Positions 18,701-27,660 are shown, numbered from the stretch's first letter. The stretch is 38,872 nt of DNA from an archaeon (GCA_027341315.1 DAIENA010000001.1:1-38872); one strand, 5' to 3'. The notes: a model not told the origin generated them from the letters alone. Program-made: numbers and translations.

Positions 18701-19223
18701 TAAGAGAGGAAAAGATTTTATTGTAATCACCCTTGGAACAAATTTGGAAGAAATGATGAAGATGAAAGAGGTTGACAAAAAAAGAATTATATCAAATGAT
18801 TTACATGAAGTTGCACGGGTTCTTGGAATTGAAGTTGCAAGACAATTAATAATAAATGAAATTAAGGAAGTTCTTGATTCCCAGGGTCTTGACATTCATG
18901 TTAAACATCTTGAGTTAATTGCCGACGCTATGACAAACACCGGAGAAGTTAAGGGAGTTACGAGAATGGGAATTATCGCCCAGAAGGCGTCTATACTTGC
19001 AAGAGCAACTTTTGAAACCCCTGTAAGGCAGTTTGTGAATGCAATTATTAAAGGCTCGTCAGATAAACTTGAAAGTGTTATTGAAAACGTCATACTTAAT
19101 CAGCCGGTTCCCGTCGGTACAGGGCTTCCCGGTCTTCTCGTGAACGTTATCGGTTCTTTGGCCGGAGATGACAAACACAAAAAAACTGCCGAGTCGAAAA
19201 TTGTCGAAGAAGCAAATAAATAA
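15735..19223 (+). CDS. rpoA: RNA polymerase subunit Rpo1, A' and A'' fused
   Basis: NADFDGD, GKRVNYSGR, LFNRHPSLH, then in the same ORF PGEAVG..TAQS.GE.STQM.LNTFH, GLPRIIE, LARATFE, ENVI...PVGTG. Confidence 0.97.
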   Translation: MKKTISKKIGEIKFSLLSPEEIKKISVAKIVTPELYDIDGYPVDGGLMDLRLGAIDPGVRCRTCGGKIKECLGHPGSIDLAKPIIHLKYVPVIELGLRCFCQECGKLMLDDKDLKKYTPSQRAKKAKDAKKCPHCQATQEKVKLDKPTSFYRGKTRIFPTEIRESLVRIPDEELKKIAIDPTTCRVEWSVLNSLIVPPVTVRPSIILETGERSEDDLTHKLSDIIRANQRLWENLNAGAPEVIIEDLWDLLQYHVTTFFDNTVARVPPARHRSGQPLKTIEERIKGKEGRIRKNIAGKRVNYSGRTVISPDPNININEVGVPYEIAKVVTVAETVNDFNKEKLSELIKSGENWPGANYVIRPDGRKKKITPELQEEIIEELKPGYQVERHLQNGDIVLFNRHPSLHRASLMAHYVRVLPGRTFRVHPAAANPYNADFDGDEMNIHSPQTEEARAEAKILLDVKQNLISPKNNTNLIGCIVDAVTGNYMLGKRDFTREDANQLLYKSGIEAEFSGKTVSGKEIFSMVLPEIDFSNNSLDIKKGKVTKGEIDKSTFGDEEGELVKIIDAKYGRSAAFETIRKAFNLGKNYLSETGITISVEDFDLDEETIEESEKIIKATEKKAEEIIKSYEDGTLELIPSKSLEESREIHLLKVLNEARTKIGAMVKERFPETNPVDHMIKSGGGGNILNITQMASSVGQQAFAGGRIDIGYTQRTLPFFKRGDLSPRSRGFIRNGFIRGLKPDEFFFQSITGRDSIMDTGLRTPKSGYLYRRLANALQDMRVEYDGTIRDSGNNIIQFQYGVDGYDVSKIHLKEKISPGEAVGLVTAQSFGEASTQMVLNTFHMAGVAEMQVTTGLPRIIEIFDARKKPSSPKMEIYLEKDYDNEEEAKSFAERIKEVTLKEVSTEINLDFGEKVITINLDKDELKKTHATPNKVAERLNELGFKVENKGNSIVLNASDYQFKEIYQLKEKLKKSIISGIKGIEQILISKRGKDFIVITLGTNLEEMMKMKEVDKKRIISNDLHEVARVLGIEVARQLIINEIKEVLDSQGLDIHVKHLELIADAMTNTGEVKGVTRMGIIAQKASILARATFETPVRQFVNAIIKGSSDKLESVIENVILNQPVPVGTGLPGLLVNVIGSLAGDDKHKKTAESKIVEEANK

Positions 19224-19299
19224 TATTTTTAATTTTGTATTAATTATTTAGAGGTTACATATTCGAAAAGTTTAAAAGTCATCGTCCTTATCCTTTGAT

Positions 19300-20550
19300 A
19301 TGAAAAACTTAGTGTGTGATAATTCAAGAGAAGACTTTCCTGTAGATTATATCGGTGGAAAAGGAAAAGGATTACTAAAATTAAAAAATCTGGAAAAAGA
19401 ACTTAGACAGGAATATTTTTGGAGAATAAAAAAAGTGGAAATTCCAAATTTTTTTATAATTCCTGTGGGTTATGATTTAAATTTTAAAGAAAATTTATTT
19501 AAGTTGGCCGATTCCTTAGGACCTAAAAAACTTGCTGTGCGTTCGTCGTCTCCATATGAAGACGCGGAAAATAATTCTTTTGACGGCATTTTTGAAAGCC
19601 ATCTTGATGTTTCAAGAGACGACCTTCTTGAAGCAATTAATAGTGTAAAAAATTCAGCATTGGGGAAAAAAGCTGTGGAATATTCAAAAGAATTCAATGT
19701 TCCTATTGACAACAAAATGGCAGTTATTGTGCAAAAAATGGTGTCGAGGGAAAATACAGGAATAATTTACTCAAAGTTTCCGGCTATTTCTGATGTAACA
19801 AGAATTATTTCAAATTTTGGAAATAAAACTGAAAATATTCTTTTTGAAAGAAAAACTTTAGATTATTATGATGAAAGTGGCAATGAAATCAAAGAGAAGA
19901 AAATTGTTTCTGGCAGGAGAATAATCCAAGACGGGAATTTGGGCCATATTGATTTTTTTAGTGGATTTTCTGAACTTTCTCATTTTGTTGAAAAAAAATT
20001 TGGTTACCCTGTGAGAATTGAATATTCTTATGACGGAGAAAAAGAGGAATTAAATTTATTGCAAGCACGTTCTATAGAGAAGGGAAAAAGTTTGGAAAAA
20101 ATTATAATGCCCGAACTTGAAGCTGGAAATTTAATTGCCGGAACTTATGGAGTAAATGGAATTGGAGACGTCACACTTCCGTTAGTTAATATAATTAATT
20201 CTAAAGAAGATGGAAAAGAACATCATATCTCAGAAAATGAAATTGAAAAGTTAGACAAGAAATATAAAAATGGTTATATTCTTCTTGCACAATATTTAAA
20301 ATTTGATGATAATTATATTGATCCTATAACCCCCCATAAAAAAGCCGCCATAATTGGGAGTCAATTTTTGGGAGGAGATGATAGCCCCGACCATGATTGG
20401 GATATAGCAAGAAAAAAAGGATTGCTTTATCTTTTAATTCCGGATTTTTATTTTGAATTTTCCGGAGACAGGAAATCACCATTGAAAACTGGAGATATGG
20501 TGAGAATTATCAGCGACGGGGTTAAAGGAATGGTTTACAAAGTTGATTAA
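19300..20550 (+). CDS. PEP synthase/PPDK-type ATP-grasp domain protein with degenerate C-terminal His-swivel domain
   Basis: GGKG..L, LAVRSSS..ED...SF.G.F.S, MAVIVQKMV, IEY...LLQAR; C-terminal H...IARKKG...LKTGD.V....DG..G.VY. Confidence 0.8.
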   Translation: MKNLVCDNSREDFPVDYIGGKGKGLLKLKNLEKELRQEYFWRIKKVEIPNFFIIPVGYDLNFKENLFKLADSLGPKKLAVRSSSPYEDAENNSFDGIFESHLDVSRDDLLEAINSVKNSALGKKAVEYSKEFNVPIDNKMAVIVQKMVSRENTGIIYSKFPAISDVTRIISNFGNKTENILFERKTLDYYDESGNEIKEKKIVSGRRIIQDGNLGHIDFFSGFSELSHFVEKKFGYPVRIEYSYDGEKEELNLLQARSIEKGKSLEKIIMPELEAGNLIAGTYGVNGIGDVTLPLVNIINSKEDGKEHHISENEIEKLDKKYKNGYILLAQYLKFDDNYIDPITPHKKAAIIGSQFLGGDDSPDHDWDIARKKGLLYLLIPDFYFEFSGDRKSPLKTGDMVRIISDGVKGMVYKVD

Positions 20551-20619
20551 GTAAAAATAAATATTAAAAATTCTTAAAACAACAATTTTATAAAGCGATT
20601 TGGTATAAAGAAATTATAT

Positions 20620-21036
20620 ATGGTCAACACAATTGATATGCAGGACTTAAGAAGACTCGCTCTCTTTAGAAAAATTACAAGACTTGAAACAAGATATTGT
20701 TTTAGTTATAATGAGATATTAATGTTTTGTGTTCCAAAAAGAGAAGTTTCAATCGCTCTTGGAAGAAACGGAGAAAATCTTAAAAGAATGTCGGATATAT
20801 TAAAAAAAAGAGTTAGAATTATTCCGCTTCCAAACGGAATTAACGACGCGAAATCGTTTATACAAGCCGTTATTGCTCCAGTCGGATTTACCGGAATCGA
20901 AATCACGCCTGATGAAATCGTCGTCAACGCCGGCTCCGAAAATAAGGCGGCGCTTCTTGGACGAAACAAACGGCGATTCCTTGAAATGAAAAAAATCGTT
21001 AAAGATTTTTTTAGACTTGAATACAGAATTATTTAA
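20620..21036 (+). CDS. nusA: archaeal NusA (KH-domain)
   Basis: ALGRNGENLKRMS..LKKRVRII and KAALLGRNKRR KH motifs; conserved position between rpoA and rps12. Confidence 0.85.
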   Translation: MVNTIDMQDLRRLALFRKITRLETRYCFSYNEILMFCVPKREVSIALGRNGENLKRMSDILKKRVRIIPLPNGINDAKSFIQAVIAPVGFTGIEITPDEIVVNAGSENKAALLGRNKRRFLEMKKIVKDFFRLEYRII

Positions 21037-21361
21037 CTTTTTTTTCGAGAACCGAATTAATTACGTCTGAATATTCTTTATAAGATTCTTTTATACAATT
21101 TTTTACAGATTCTGGATTGTGAGGAAATTCTTGAATAAATTCTGATTCGGTAATAAATCCGTAATATTTTTTATTTTTGTTTCTATCGCTTACGTCTATG
21201 ACGTCGACGTAACACTCGTCTACATTAACATTTTTTACAATGGCGGGATGATAATCAAACTCAATTTCTCTCGCAACAACTTCCCAAACCAAATCTCCGG
21301 GCTTTATACCTTCAAACCTTGCTTTTTGCTTTTGATAATTGTTTTTGGTTAATAGTTCCAT
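21029..21361 (-). CDS. hypothetical protein, possible SH3/Tudor-like barrel
   Basis: IKPGDLVW...YHPAIVKNV....YVDV pattern; antisense to the cluster. Confidence 0.6.
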   Translation of the reverse strand: MELLTKNNYQKQKARFEGIKPGDLVWEVVAREIEFDYHPAIVKNVNVDECYVDVIDVSDRNKNKKYYGFITESEFIQEFPHNPESVKNCIKESYKEYSDVINSVLEKKVK

Positions 21362-21470
21362 AAATATAATTTTCGATTAAATTATTAAATATTTTTACAA
21401 AGAAAAGTATATTTCAAAAAACGAAATTTATTAAAACTCTTTAGTTCTTTAGTCTTTATATGGGTTTTAA

Positions 21471-21782
21471 ATGAAAAAAATTATCAACAATTATTCTTCA
21501 CAGGTAATTTACCGCGGAGAAAAAAAGGAACTTGAAAATATTTTGAAGATTCTCTGCCAAAATTTAGGCACTGGTTTTGAAGAGCAAATATCAGTTTTTT
21601 CAAAGGAAGATAAAAAAATAGAAAGTCCAGACCAAAGAATATATTACAATCTTGAAAGAATTCTTTATATTTCAAACTCATCGAAGCCGAAATTTTTATT
21701 TCCGATAATTCTAAAAATTTCCAAAAAGGCCGATGAGAAATTTTCTGAAAAATACGGGAAAATTGACATGATTGAGAAATAA
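21471..21782 (+). CDS. hypothetical protein
   Basis: 103-aa ATG ORF in the nusA-rps12 gap. Confidence 0.6.
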   Translation: MKKIINNYSSQVIYRGEKKELENILKILCQNLGTGFEEQISVFSKEDKKIESPDQRIYYNLERILYISNSSKPKFLFPIILKISKKADEKFSEKYGKIDMIEK

Positions 21783-21873
21783 TTTATTTTTTGATTGCAA
21801 AAAATGTCCTCGCGATTTTTAAAAATATACCCAATAAATTTATAAACCAATTTTATTAAGAATATCTATCAAG

Positions 21874-22296
21874 ATGGGATTGAAAAGTGCATTCAAAAAA
21901 GTGAAAGACCGGAAGAAATTCCGATGGAAAGACAGAGCTTACAAAGTTCACACTCTTGACCTTTTTGCTAAGTCTGACCCACTTGGCGGAGCCAATCAGG
22001 CAAAGGGAATTGTTCTTTCAAAATTTCAAAAAGAAGCAAGACAGCCAAACTCCGCGATGAGAAAATGCTGCAGAGTTCAGCTGACAAAAAATGGAAAGAC
22101 CGTCGGTGTTTTTATTCCCGGAAACCTCGCGCAGAAATTTATCGACGAGCACGACGAAGTTATGATTGAAAGAATCGGCGGGAAACAGGGAAAAAGTAAA
22201 GGCGACATGCCCGGAATTCGATATCAAATTATAAAAGTAAATGATCAACCATTGCAAAGACTTGTAAGAGGGAAGATACAAAAAGGTAGAAGATAA
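21874..22296 (+). CDS. rps12: 30S ribosomal protein uS12
   Basis: [45 protein letters not shown]. Confidence 0.97.
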   Translation: MGLKSAFKKVKDRKKFRWKDRAYKVHTLDLFAKSDPLGGANQAKGIVLSKFQKEARQPNSAMRKCCRVQLTKNGKTVGVFIPGNLAQKFIDEHDEVMIERIGGKQGKSKGDMPGIRYQIIKVNDQPLQRLVRGKIQKGRR

Positions 22297-22297
22297 A

Positions 22298-22597
22298 ATG
22301 GAAAAAACTTTTGAATTCAGTGATGAAAAATATTATGGACAGGTTATTCCTTATATGGAAAAAAAATTTCCCGGCTTAACAGGGAGTAAACTGGAAGATT
22401 TTTATTATGTTCCTGCTGGAGCCAGTGTGGGTCACGATTTAAAAGACGGAACTAAGGCTCTTATTGGTAAAGCAATACATTCCCGCGTTCAGGTAAAAGT
22501 TTTCTCCGACGACGAAGAGTTATTTAAAGAGTTAGGGGAATTAGAAAAACTTACGTCGACGACCGGACGAAACGGCGGGACGGGGACGGGAAATTAA
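22298..22597 (+). CDS. hypothetical small protein (paralog of 22599-22895)
   Basis: TAAaATG coupled to rps12; F.F..E.YY.QVIP, S.DE.L.K, LEKL and terminal GN shared with the next ORF. Confidence 0.8.
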   Translation: MEKTFEFSDEKYYGQVIPYMEKKFPGLTGSKLEDFYYVPAGASVGHDLKDGTKALIGKAIHSRVQVKVFSDDEELFKELGELEKLTSTTGRNGGTGTGN

Positions 22598-22907
22598 AAT
22601 GACAGAAGAGTTTCAATTTTTAAGAGAAGCGTATTATAGGCAAGTTATTCCTTTATTGGAAGAATATTTTTCTGATAAAGAACTTGGAAAGAAAATTTTA
22701 GCAGATAAGTCTTTACACAATTTAGATAATCTTGCAATGATTTATAATGATTTTTTTAATGAAAATAAGGGAGAAATATTAATAATTACTCCTTCAAAAA
22801 TATCTCCTGAAAAATTTGTTTTGGTGGTTACCTCGAAAGATGAAAAATTAATGAAAGGATTAGAAAAATTATCAATGGGGGAAGTAGGAAATTAAAATGA
22901 CAGAAGA
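22589..22907 (+). repeat. 21-bp exact direct repeat spanning two stop/start junctions
   Basis: GGAAATTAAAATGACAGAAGA at 22589-22609 and 22887-22907. Confidence 0.9.
22599..22895 (+). CDS. hypothetical small protein (paralog of 22298-22597)
   Basis: TAAaATG on both sides; begins MTEE, as rps7 does. Confidence 0.8.
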   Translation: MTEEFQFLREAYYRQVIPLLEEYFSDKELGKKILADKSLHNLDNLAMIYNDFFNENKGEILIITPSKISPEKFVLVVTSKDEKLMKGLEKLSMGEVGN

Positions 22908-23529
22908 ACAAGAAATAAAAACTGAAGGTAAAAAATTGAATTTCAAGATTTTTGATATGTGGGACATTTCAGAAATAAAAGTTGAAGATCCTGGATTAAG
23001 AGGGATTATTAACCTTGAACCAAAATTAATTTTGAAATCCGAAGGAAGAAACGTCGTTAAACACGGACAGACGCGGGTGAATATCGTTGAGAGACTTATG
23101 AATAAAATCGCGCTTACCGGACACCGAGGGAAAAAACACAAAATTGAAGTTGGAAGAGCGACCGGAAAATATTCACGAAATATGAAAATTGTTATCGAGG
23201 CTCTTCAGGCCGTCGAGAAAAAAACCGGAAAAAATCCGGTCGAAGTTTTGGTTCGTGCGATTGAAAAAATTTCTCCAAGGGACGAAACAACAATAATTGA
23301 ATACGGCGGTGCAAGATATCCTCAAGCAGTCGACGTTTCGCCAATACGACGTGTTAACCTTGCTTTAAGAAATCTTGTTCACGGCGCAAGCGACAAATCG
23401 TTCGGGAAAAAGAAAAAACTTTCGCAGTCACTTGCTGACGAAATAATTCTCGCCTACGAAGAAAACGGGGAAAGTTCTGCCCTGAAAAAGAAAAAAGAAG
23501 CCGAGGCGCAGGCAGACAGCGCAAGATAA
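22897..23529 (+). CDS. rps7: 30S ribosomal protein uS7
   Basis: V.DPGL..., IVERLMNK, NPVEVLVRAI, PRDETT.I.YGG..Y..AVDVSP.RR, LADEII.A, AD.SAR end. Confidence 0.97.
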   Translation: MTEEQEIKTEGKKLNFKIFDMWDISEIKVEDPGLRGIINLEPKLILKSEGRNVVKHGQTRVNIVERLMNKIALTGHRGKKHKIEVGRATGKYSRNMKIVIEALQAVEKKTGKNPVEVLVRAIEKISPRDETTIIEYGGARYPQAVDVSPIRRVNLALRNLVHGASDKSFGKKKKLSQSLADEIILAYEENGESSALKKKKEAEAQADSAR

Positions 23530-23588
23530 AATTTTAGTAAATTATTTATCACAATAAATTTATAAATAGAAACTTTCTAAATTCCCTC

Positions 23589-24059
23589 ATGACAGATTTT
23601 GATGAACTCAAAGAAAGTTTAGAAAGAGATTACTCGACGGGCGACGCGGTGCATAAAATGATTACCGACGAATTGTTTGAGGATATCAGAGTAAAAGAGA
23701 AGAAACTTGAAAATATAGTTTCTAATGAGTTCAAGAGATTAATAGAAATTCCAAACATGATAATTCCTCCCCGTAAAAATAAAGGCGAAATGCCTCAAAT
23801 ATTGGAATACAAGGTTTCTTACAATAAAGAATTAAAAGATTTTGAAATAAAAATAACAAAAATGAAACTTCCAAACGGAAAAGTAATGGACGACAATAAA
23901 TACGCGTCGAGAACTTACGGATGTCCGCACGATTATACGTTTCCGATTTGCGGAATAAACGGAGAAGTCAGCAACATTGTAAAAGAATTCAAAATAAAGT
24001 ACAACGTCCGGGGAATAAAAAATGTCAACCACAACTGTTTTCACGAGATAAAGAAATAA
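23589..24059 (+). CDS. hypothetical protein
   Basis: 156-aa ORF 30 nt after TTTATAAA (23559); scattered Cys/His (CPH, C, CFH). Confidence 0.7.
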   Translation: MTDFDELKESLERDYSTGDAVHKMITDELFEDIRVKEKKLENIVSNEFKRLIEIPNMIIPPRKNKGEMPQILEYKVSYNKELKDFEIKITKMKLPNGKVMDDNKYASRTYGCPHDYTFPICGINGEVSNIVKEFKIKYNVRGIKNVNHNCFHEIKK

Positions 24060-24107
24060 TTCTGGTTTTTTCGAAAAATATATATAGAAAAATAACTTGC
24101 TTTCACC

Positions 24108-24395
24108 ATGTATGATGAATTGGTAAAAGAAATGCTGAACAAGGGAAAGAAACAGTCTCTTGAAACAATTGATGGGATAGAAAGAATTCTTAAAAGTCAA
24201 TATGGAAGTATTGAGGGAAATGGGGTTCTAAAACCGGACAAGAACTTAAATGAGAATTATAATCTTTTAATAAATGCCCTCGGAAATTATAAAAAATCAA
24301 TAATTAATTTTTGGAATTCGCAAAAGAAAAAAATATCAGGACTTGGCATTCTTGAAACCGTCGTTTCAGAAAATTCCAAAAAAAGAAAAAAATAA
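24108..24395 (+). CDS. hypothetical protein
   Basis: 95-aa ATG ORF in the rps7-fusA gap. Confidence 0.6.
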   Translation: MYDELVKEMLNKGKKQSLETIDGIERILKSQYGSIEGNGVLKPDKNLNENYNLLINALGNYKKSIINFWNSQKKKISGLGILETVVSENSKKRKK

Positions 24396-24415
24396 AACCA
24401 ATTCACTGTGTTAAT

Positions 24416-24940
24416 CTAAAATTTAAATTCCTCGCCACCTTGTTCCCATTCTTTCCTTATCTTTTCAGTTAAAAAATCCTTTGAAACTCTTCCGCTCCAC
24501 TCGTCGCTTCCTTTTTTTCTGTATGGAATGTAAAAATCCGGATCGTTATAAAAATTATAAGATTTTAAAACAGGATATTTTGTGTCTGTATTTTTTCTGA
24601 AAAATTTTGGTTCGCCAACTAATCCTTTTTGAATAAATACGTTAAGATAATAATTATAAGACTTTGTTGCCATTTCATCGACAAACGGATTAACCACCTC
24701 TTCTATCCATAATTTTTTATTTTTGTCCAAGAAATCAATTGACTTGTAAGTTTGCTCCCCATAAGTTTTTGTGATTATTTCTTGGTAAATATCTTTCCAA
24801 AATTCATGACGGCATCCCCCAAACATAATTAATCCATCGTTCGCGTCTGCGGATTCAACAAAATTTACATAAGCGTCAATTTCAAATTTATTCTCAAGAC
24901 CCGTTCTTTCGCTGATCCTTTTTTTTATTTTTTCATCCAT
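24416..24940 (-). CDS. hypothetical protein
   Basis: 174-aa ATG ORF divergent from fusA. Confidence 0.7.
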   Translation of the reverse strand: MDEKIKKRISERTGLENKFEIDAYVNFVESADANDGLIMFGGCRHEFWKDIYQEIITKTYGEQTYKSIDFLDKNKKLWIEEVVNPFVDEMATKSYNYYLNVFIQKGLVGEPKFFRKNTDTKYPVLKSYNFYNDPDFYIPYRKKGSDEWSGRVSKDFLTEKIRKEWEQGGEEFKF

Positions 24941-25026
24941 ATCGCATAAGCGGGTTCATTATTATTAAATATTATTGTCCTCAAAACTACAAAAAGTTTT
25001 ATAAACTAATTTTTGTAAAACTAATT

Positions 25027-27222
25027 ATGGCAGAAAAAGAAACAAGTTTGGAGAAAATCAACAGATTGACTTCTAATCAGGAGACGATTCGTAATATCGC
25101 GACGTCCGCACACATTCACCACGGGAAAACGGCTTTTACGGACAATCTTTTGGCGGCGTCCGGAATGATGGCGGCAAAAAACGCGGGCGACCTTGAGGAA
25201 GGAATGGCGACGTGGCAGCACGCCGACGAACAGGAACGACTTATGACAGTCGACGCTGCGAACGTTTCGATGGCGCACTCTTATCAGGGAACAGAATATT
25301 TAATTAATTTAATTGACACCCCCGGCCACGTCGATTTCGGAGGAAATGTTACGAGGGCGATGCGTGCTATCGACGGAACTTTTGTTTTAATCTGCGCCGT
25401 TGAAGGAATAATGCCCCAGACTGAAACTGTTTTAAGACAGGCTTTGAAAGAAAGAGTAAAACCCGTTCTTTTTATTAACAAAGTCGACCGATTGATCAAC
25501 GAACTTAAATTTACGCCCGAACAAATGCAGGAGAGATTTATGAAATTAATTCAGGAATTTAATCATTTAATCGAGCAAATTGCAGAAAAAGAATTTGCGC
25601 AAAAGTGGAGAGTTAACGTTAACGACGGAAGCGTTGCTTTTGGTTCAGCGAGGGAAAACTGGGCGCTTTCAATTCCATTTATGAAAAAGAAAAATGTAAG
25701 TTTCAAAGATATTTACAAAATTTACGACGAGACAATTCCAAAAGAAGAAAGACAAAAGTGGGTTTGGGAAAACGCCGCGCTCTATGAAGTGGTTCTTGAT
25801 ATGGCAGTAAAACATTTGCCTAATCCATTAGAAGCACAAAAATATAGAATTCCAAAAATCTGGCACGGGGACGAGAATTCAGAATTTGGAAAAGCTTTGA
25901 TGACATGTGACCGAAAAGGAGAGGTTGGTTTTGTTGTAACAAGAATTGTTATCGACCCACGTAGCGGAAAAGAAGTTTGCGCCGGAAGACTTTATTCGGG
26001 AACGATAAAAAGCGGAATGGACGTTTATTGCAACAATGCAGCCAAATCCGGAAAAATTCAGCAGGTTCTTGTTTATAACGGAATTAAACCCGAGCAACTT
26101 CTTGAGGTCCCGGCGGGAAACGTTCTTGCGATAAGCGGTGTCGACGTCGATGTCGGTGAAACAATAACGGAAAAAGAACAAACTCCTTTTGAAGAGATTA
26201 AACACATTTTTCAGCCGGTTATTACCAAGTCAATTGAAGTTGTTAAAACGCAGGATTTACCAAAGCTTATTGAAATATTAAGAAAAGTTGCAAAGGAAGA
26301 CCCGTCGATAAAAATCGCGATTAACGAGGAAACGGGCGAGTCTTTACTTTCCGGAATGGGAGAACTTCATCTTGAAATTGTCGAGAACAGAATAAAAACC
26401 GAAAAAGGCCTTGAGGTTAAAACTTCTCCGCCGATTGTGGTTTACAGAGAGAGTGTTTCGAAAATTTCAGCTCCGAGTGAAGGGAGAAGTCCAAACAAAC
26501 ATAATAGCTTTTTTATTAAAGTCGAACCCTTGCCTGCAGAACTTGCTGAGCTTATTGATAAAGGAGAAATTTCTGAGGGAAGGATCAAGAAAAAATCAGA
26601 GCAGATTACAAAAGTGCTTTCGGGTATCGGGTGGGGCTCTGACGAAATAAGAAATGTTAAAGATGTTTACAAAGGAAATATTCTTTTCGACGAGACGCGT
26701 GGAGAAGTTCACATCGGAGAAGTAATTGAAATGGTAATGGACGCTTTCGAGATGGTGATGGACCAGGGGCCTCTTGCAAGAGAACCGTGTATGAATCTTA
26801 AAGTTACGTTAACAGATATAAAACTTCACGAGGACGCGATTCACCGTGGACCGGCGCAAGTTTATCCTGCTGTAAGAGACGCGATTAAAGAAGCGTTTAA
26901 GAGCGCCGGGCCGACTCTTTTGGAGCCGTTACAAGTTCACCTGATTGAAGTCCCTGAAAATCTTATGGGCTCAGCGTCGAAATTAGTCGGAAGTAAAAGA
27001 GGACAACTTCTCGGAATGAAACAGGAAGGCGGAGCGATGAGCCTTGAAGCAAAGATTCCCGTCGCTGAAATGATTGGATGGGCGAGCGATTTGAGAAGTG
27101 CAACTGAAGGCCGTGGAATTTCGTCGCTTCGAGACCAGAGTTTTGAAAAGGTTCCGCAGTCGCTACAACCCGACGTAATCAGAAAAATCAGAGACAGAAA
27201 AGGACTTGCGGAAAATCAGTAA
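25027..27222 (+). CDS. fusA: archaeal elongation factor EF-2
   Basis: IRNI..AHI.HGKT, LIDTPGHVDF, INKVDR, GMGELHLE, SPNKHN, HEDAIHRGPAQ diphthamide loop, LRSATEGR. Confidence 0.98.
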   Translation: MAEKETSLEKINRLTSNQETIRNIATSAHIHHGKTAFTDNLLAASGMMAAKNAGDLEEGMATWQHADEQERLMTVDAANVSMAHSYQGTEYLINLIDTPGHVDFGGNVTRAMRAIDGTFVLICAVEGIMPQTETVLRQALKERVKPVLFINKVDRLINELKFTPEQMQERFMKLIQEFNHLIEQIAEKEFAQKWRVNVNDGSVAFGSARENWALSIPFMKKKNVSFKDIYKIYDETIPKEERQKWVWENAALYEVVLDMAVKHLPNPLEAQKYRIPKIWHGDENSEFGKALMTCDRKGEVGFVVTRIVIDPRSGKEVCAGRLYSGTIKSGMDVYCNNAAKSGKIQQVLVYNGIKPEQLLEVPAGNVLAISGVDVDVGETITEKEQTPFEEIKHIFQPVITKSIEVVKTQDLPKLIEILRKVAKEDPSIKIAINEETGESLLSGMGELHLEIVENRIKTEKGLEVKTSPPIVVYRESVSKISAPSEGRSPNKHNSFFIKVEPLPAELAELIDKGEISEGRIKKKSEQITKVLSGIGWGSDEIRNVKDVYKGNILFDETRGEVHIGEVIEMVMDAFEMVMDQGPLAREPCMNLKVTLTDIKLHEDAIHRGPAQVYPAVRDAIKEAFKSAGPTLLEPLQVHLIEVPENLMGSASKLVGSKRGQLLGMKQEGGAMSLEAKIPVAEMIGWASDLRSATEGRGISSLRDQSFEKVPQSLQPDVIRKIRDRKGLAENQ

Positions 27223-27267
27223 TTATATTATATAAATATTTTTAAATAAAATTTGTTTTTTATTTTT

Positions 27268-27660
27268 ATGAATAAACAAATAGCATATCAAACTCTGGTA
27301 ACCAATTATTTGACTCACAGGAAAGTCCCTGAAGAAAAACAAAAAGGTTTAGCTAAAAGAATTTTAAATGAAATAAATAATATGAGGGGATCGAGTCTAA
27401 CCGACGGATTTAGACATTTCCTTTTAGAAAAGAGCATTGCAAAAAACGCAGTAACAGCATACCTTGATGCAAATTCTTTGAGTGTTATTTCGTATAAAAT
27501 AAACAAAACCCAGAGTGAAAATTTGTCTAAAAGATTATGCAAATTCAAATTAAACAAAGAAGAAAGGAAAGATATCTTGGACAATTGGGCAATGTTCAAA
27601 GCTGAAAATGAAACCGAGGCAGGAATTTACGGAAATTGTCTTTATGTTTCAAATAATTAA
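27268..27660 (+). CDS. hypothetical protein
   Basis: ATG 27268 within track ORF 27253-27660. Confidence 0.6.
   Translation: MNKQIAYQTLVTNYLTHRKVPEEKQKGLAKRILNEINNMRGSSLTDGFRHFLLEKSIAKNAVTAYLDANSLSVISYKINKTQSENLSKRLCKFKLNKEERKDILDNWAMFKAENETEAGIYGNCLYVSNN

Noticed and set aside
2362..19223. Inteins in NrdJ, Rpo2 or Rpo1
   Set aside because: Lengths are normal or short, and no C...HN[CST] or LAGLIDADG blocks were seen.
19300..20550. Annotation as ppsA, ppdK or rph
   Set aside because: Too short and lacks the pyruvate- or rifampin-binding domain.
14595..22900. TAAAATG junctions as integron-like recombination sites
   Set aside because: The same junction joins ordinary pairs (HD-cobO at 6004, 7TM-wHTH at 36483, htpX-GNAT near 37240), so it is generic translational coupling; no attC-like stems or integrase seen.
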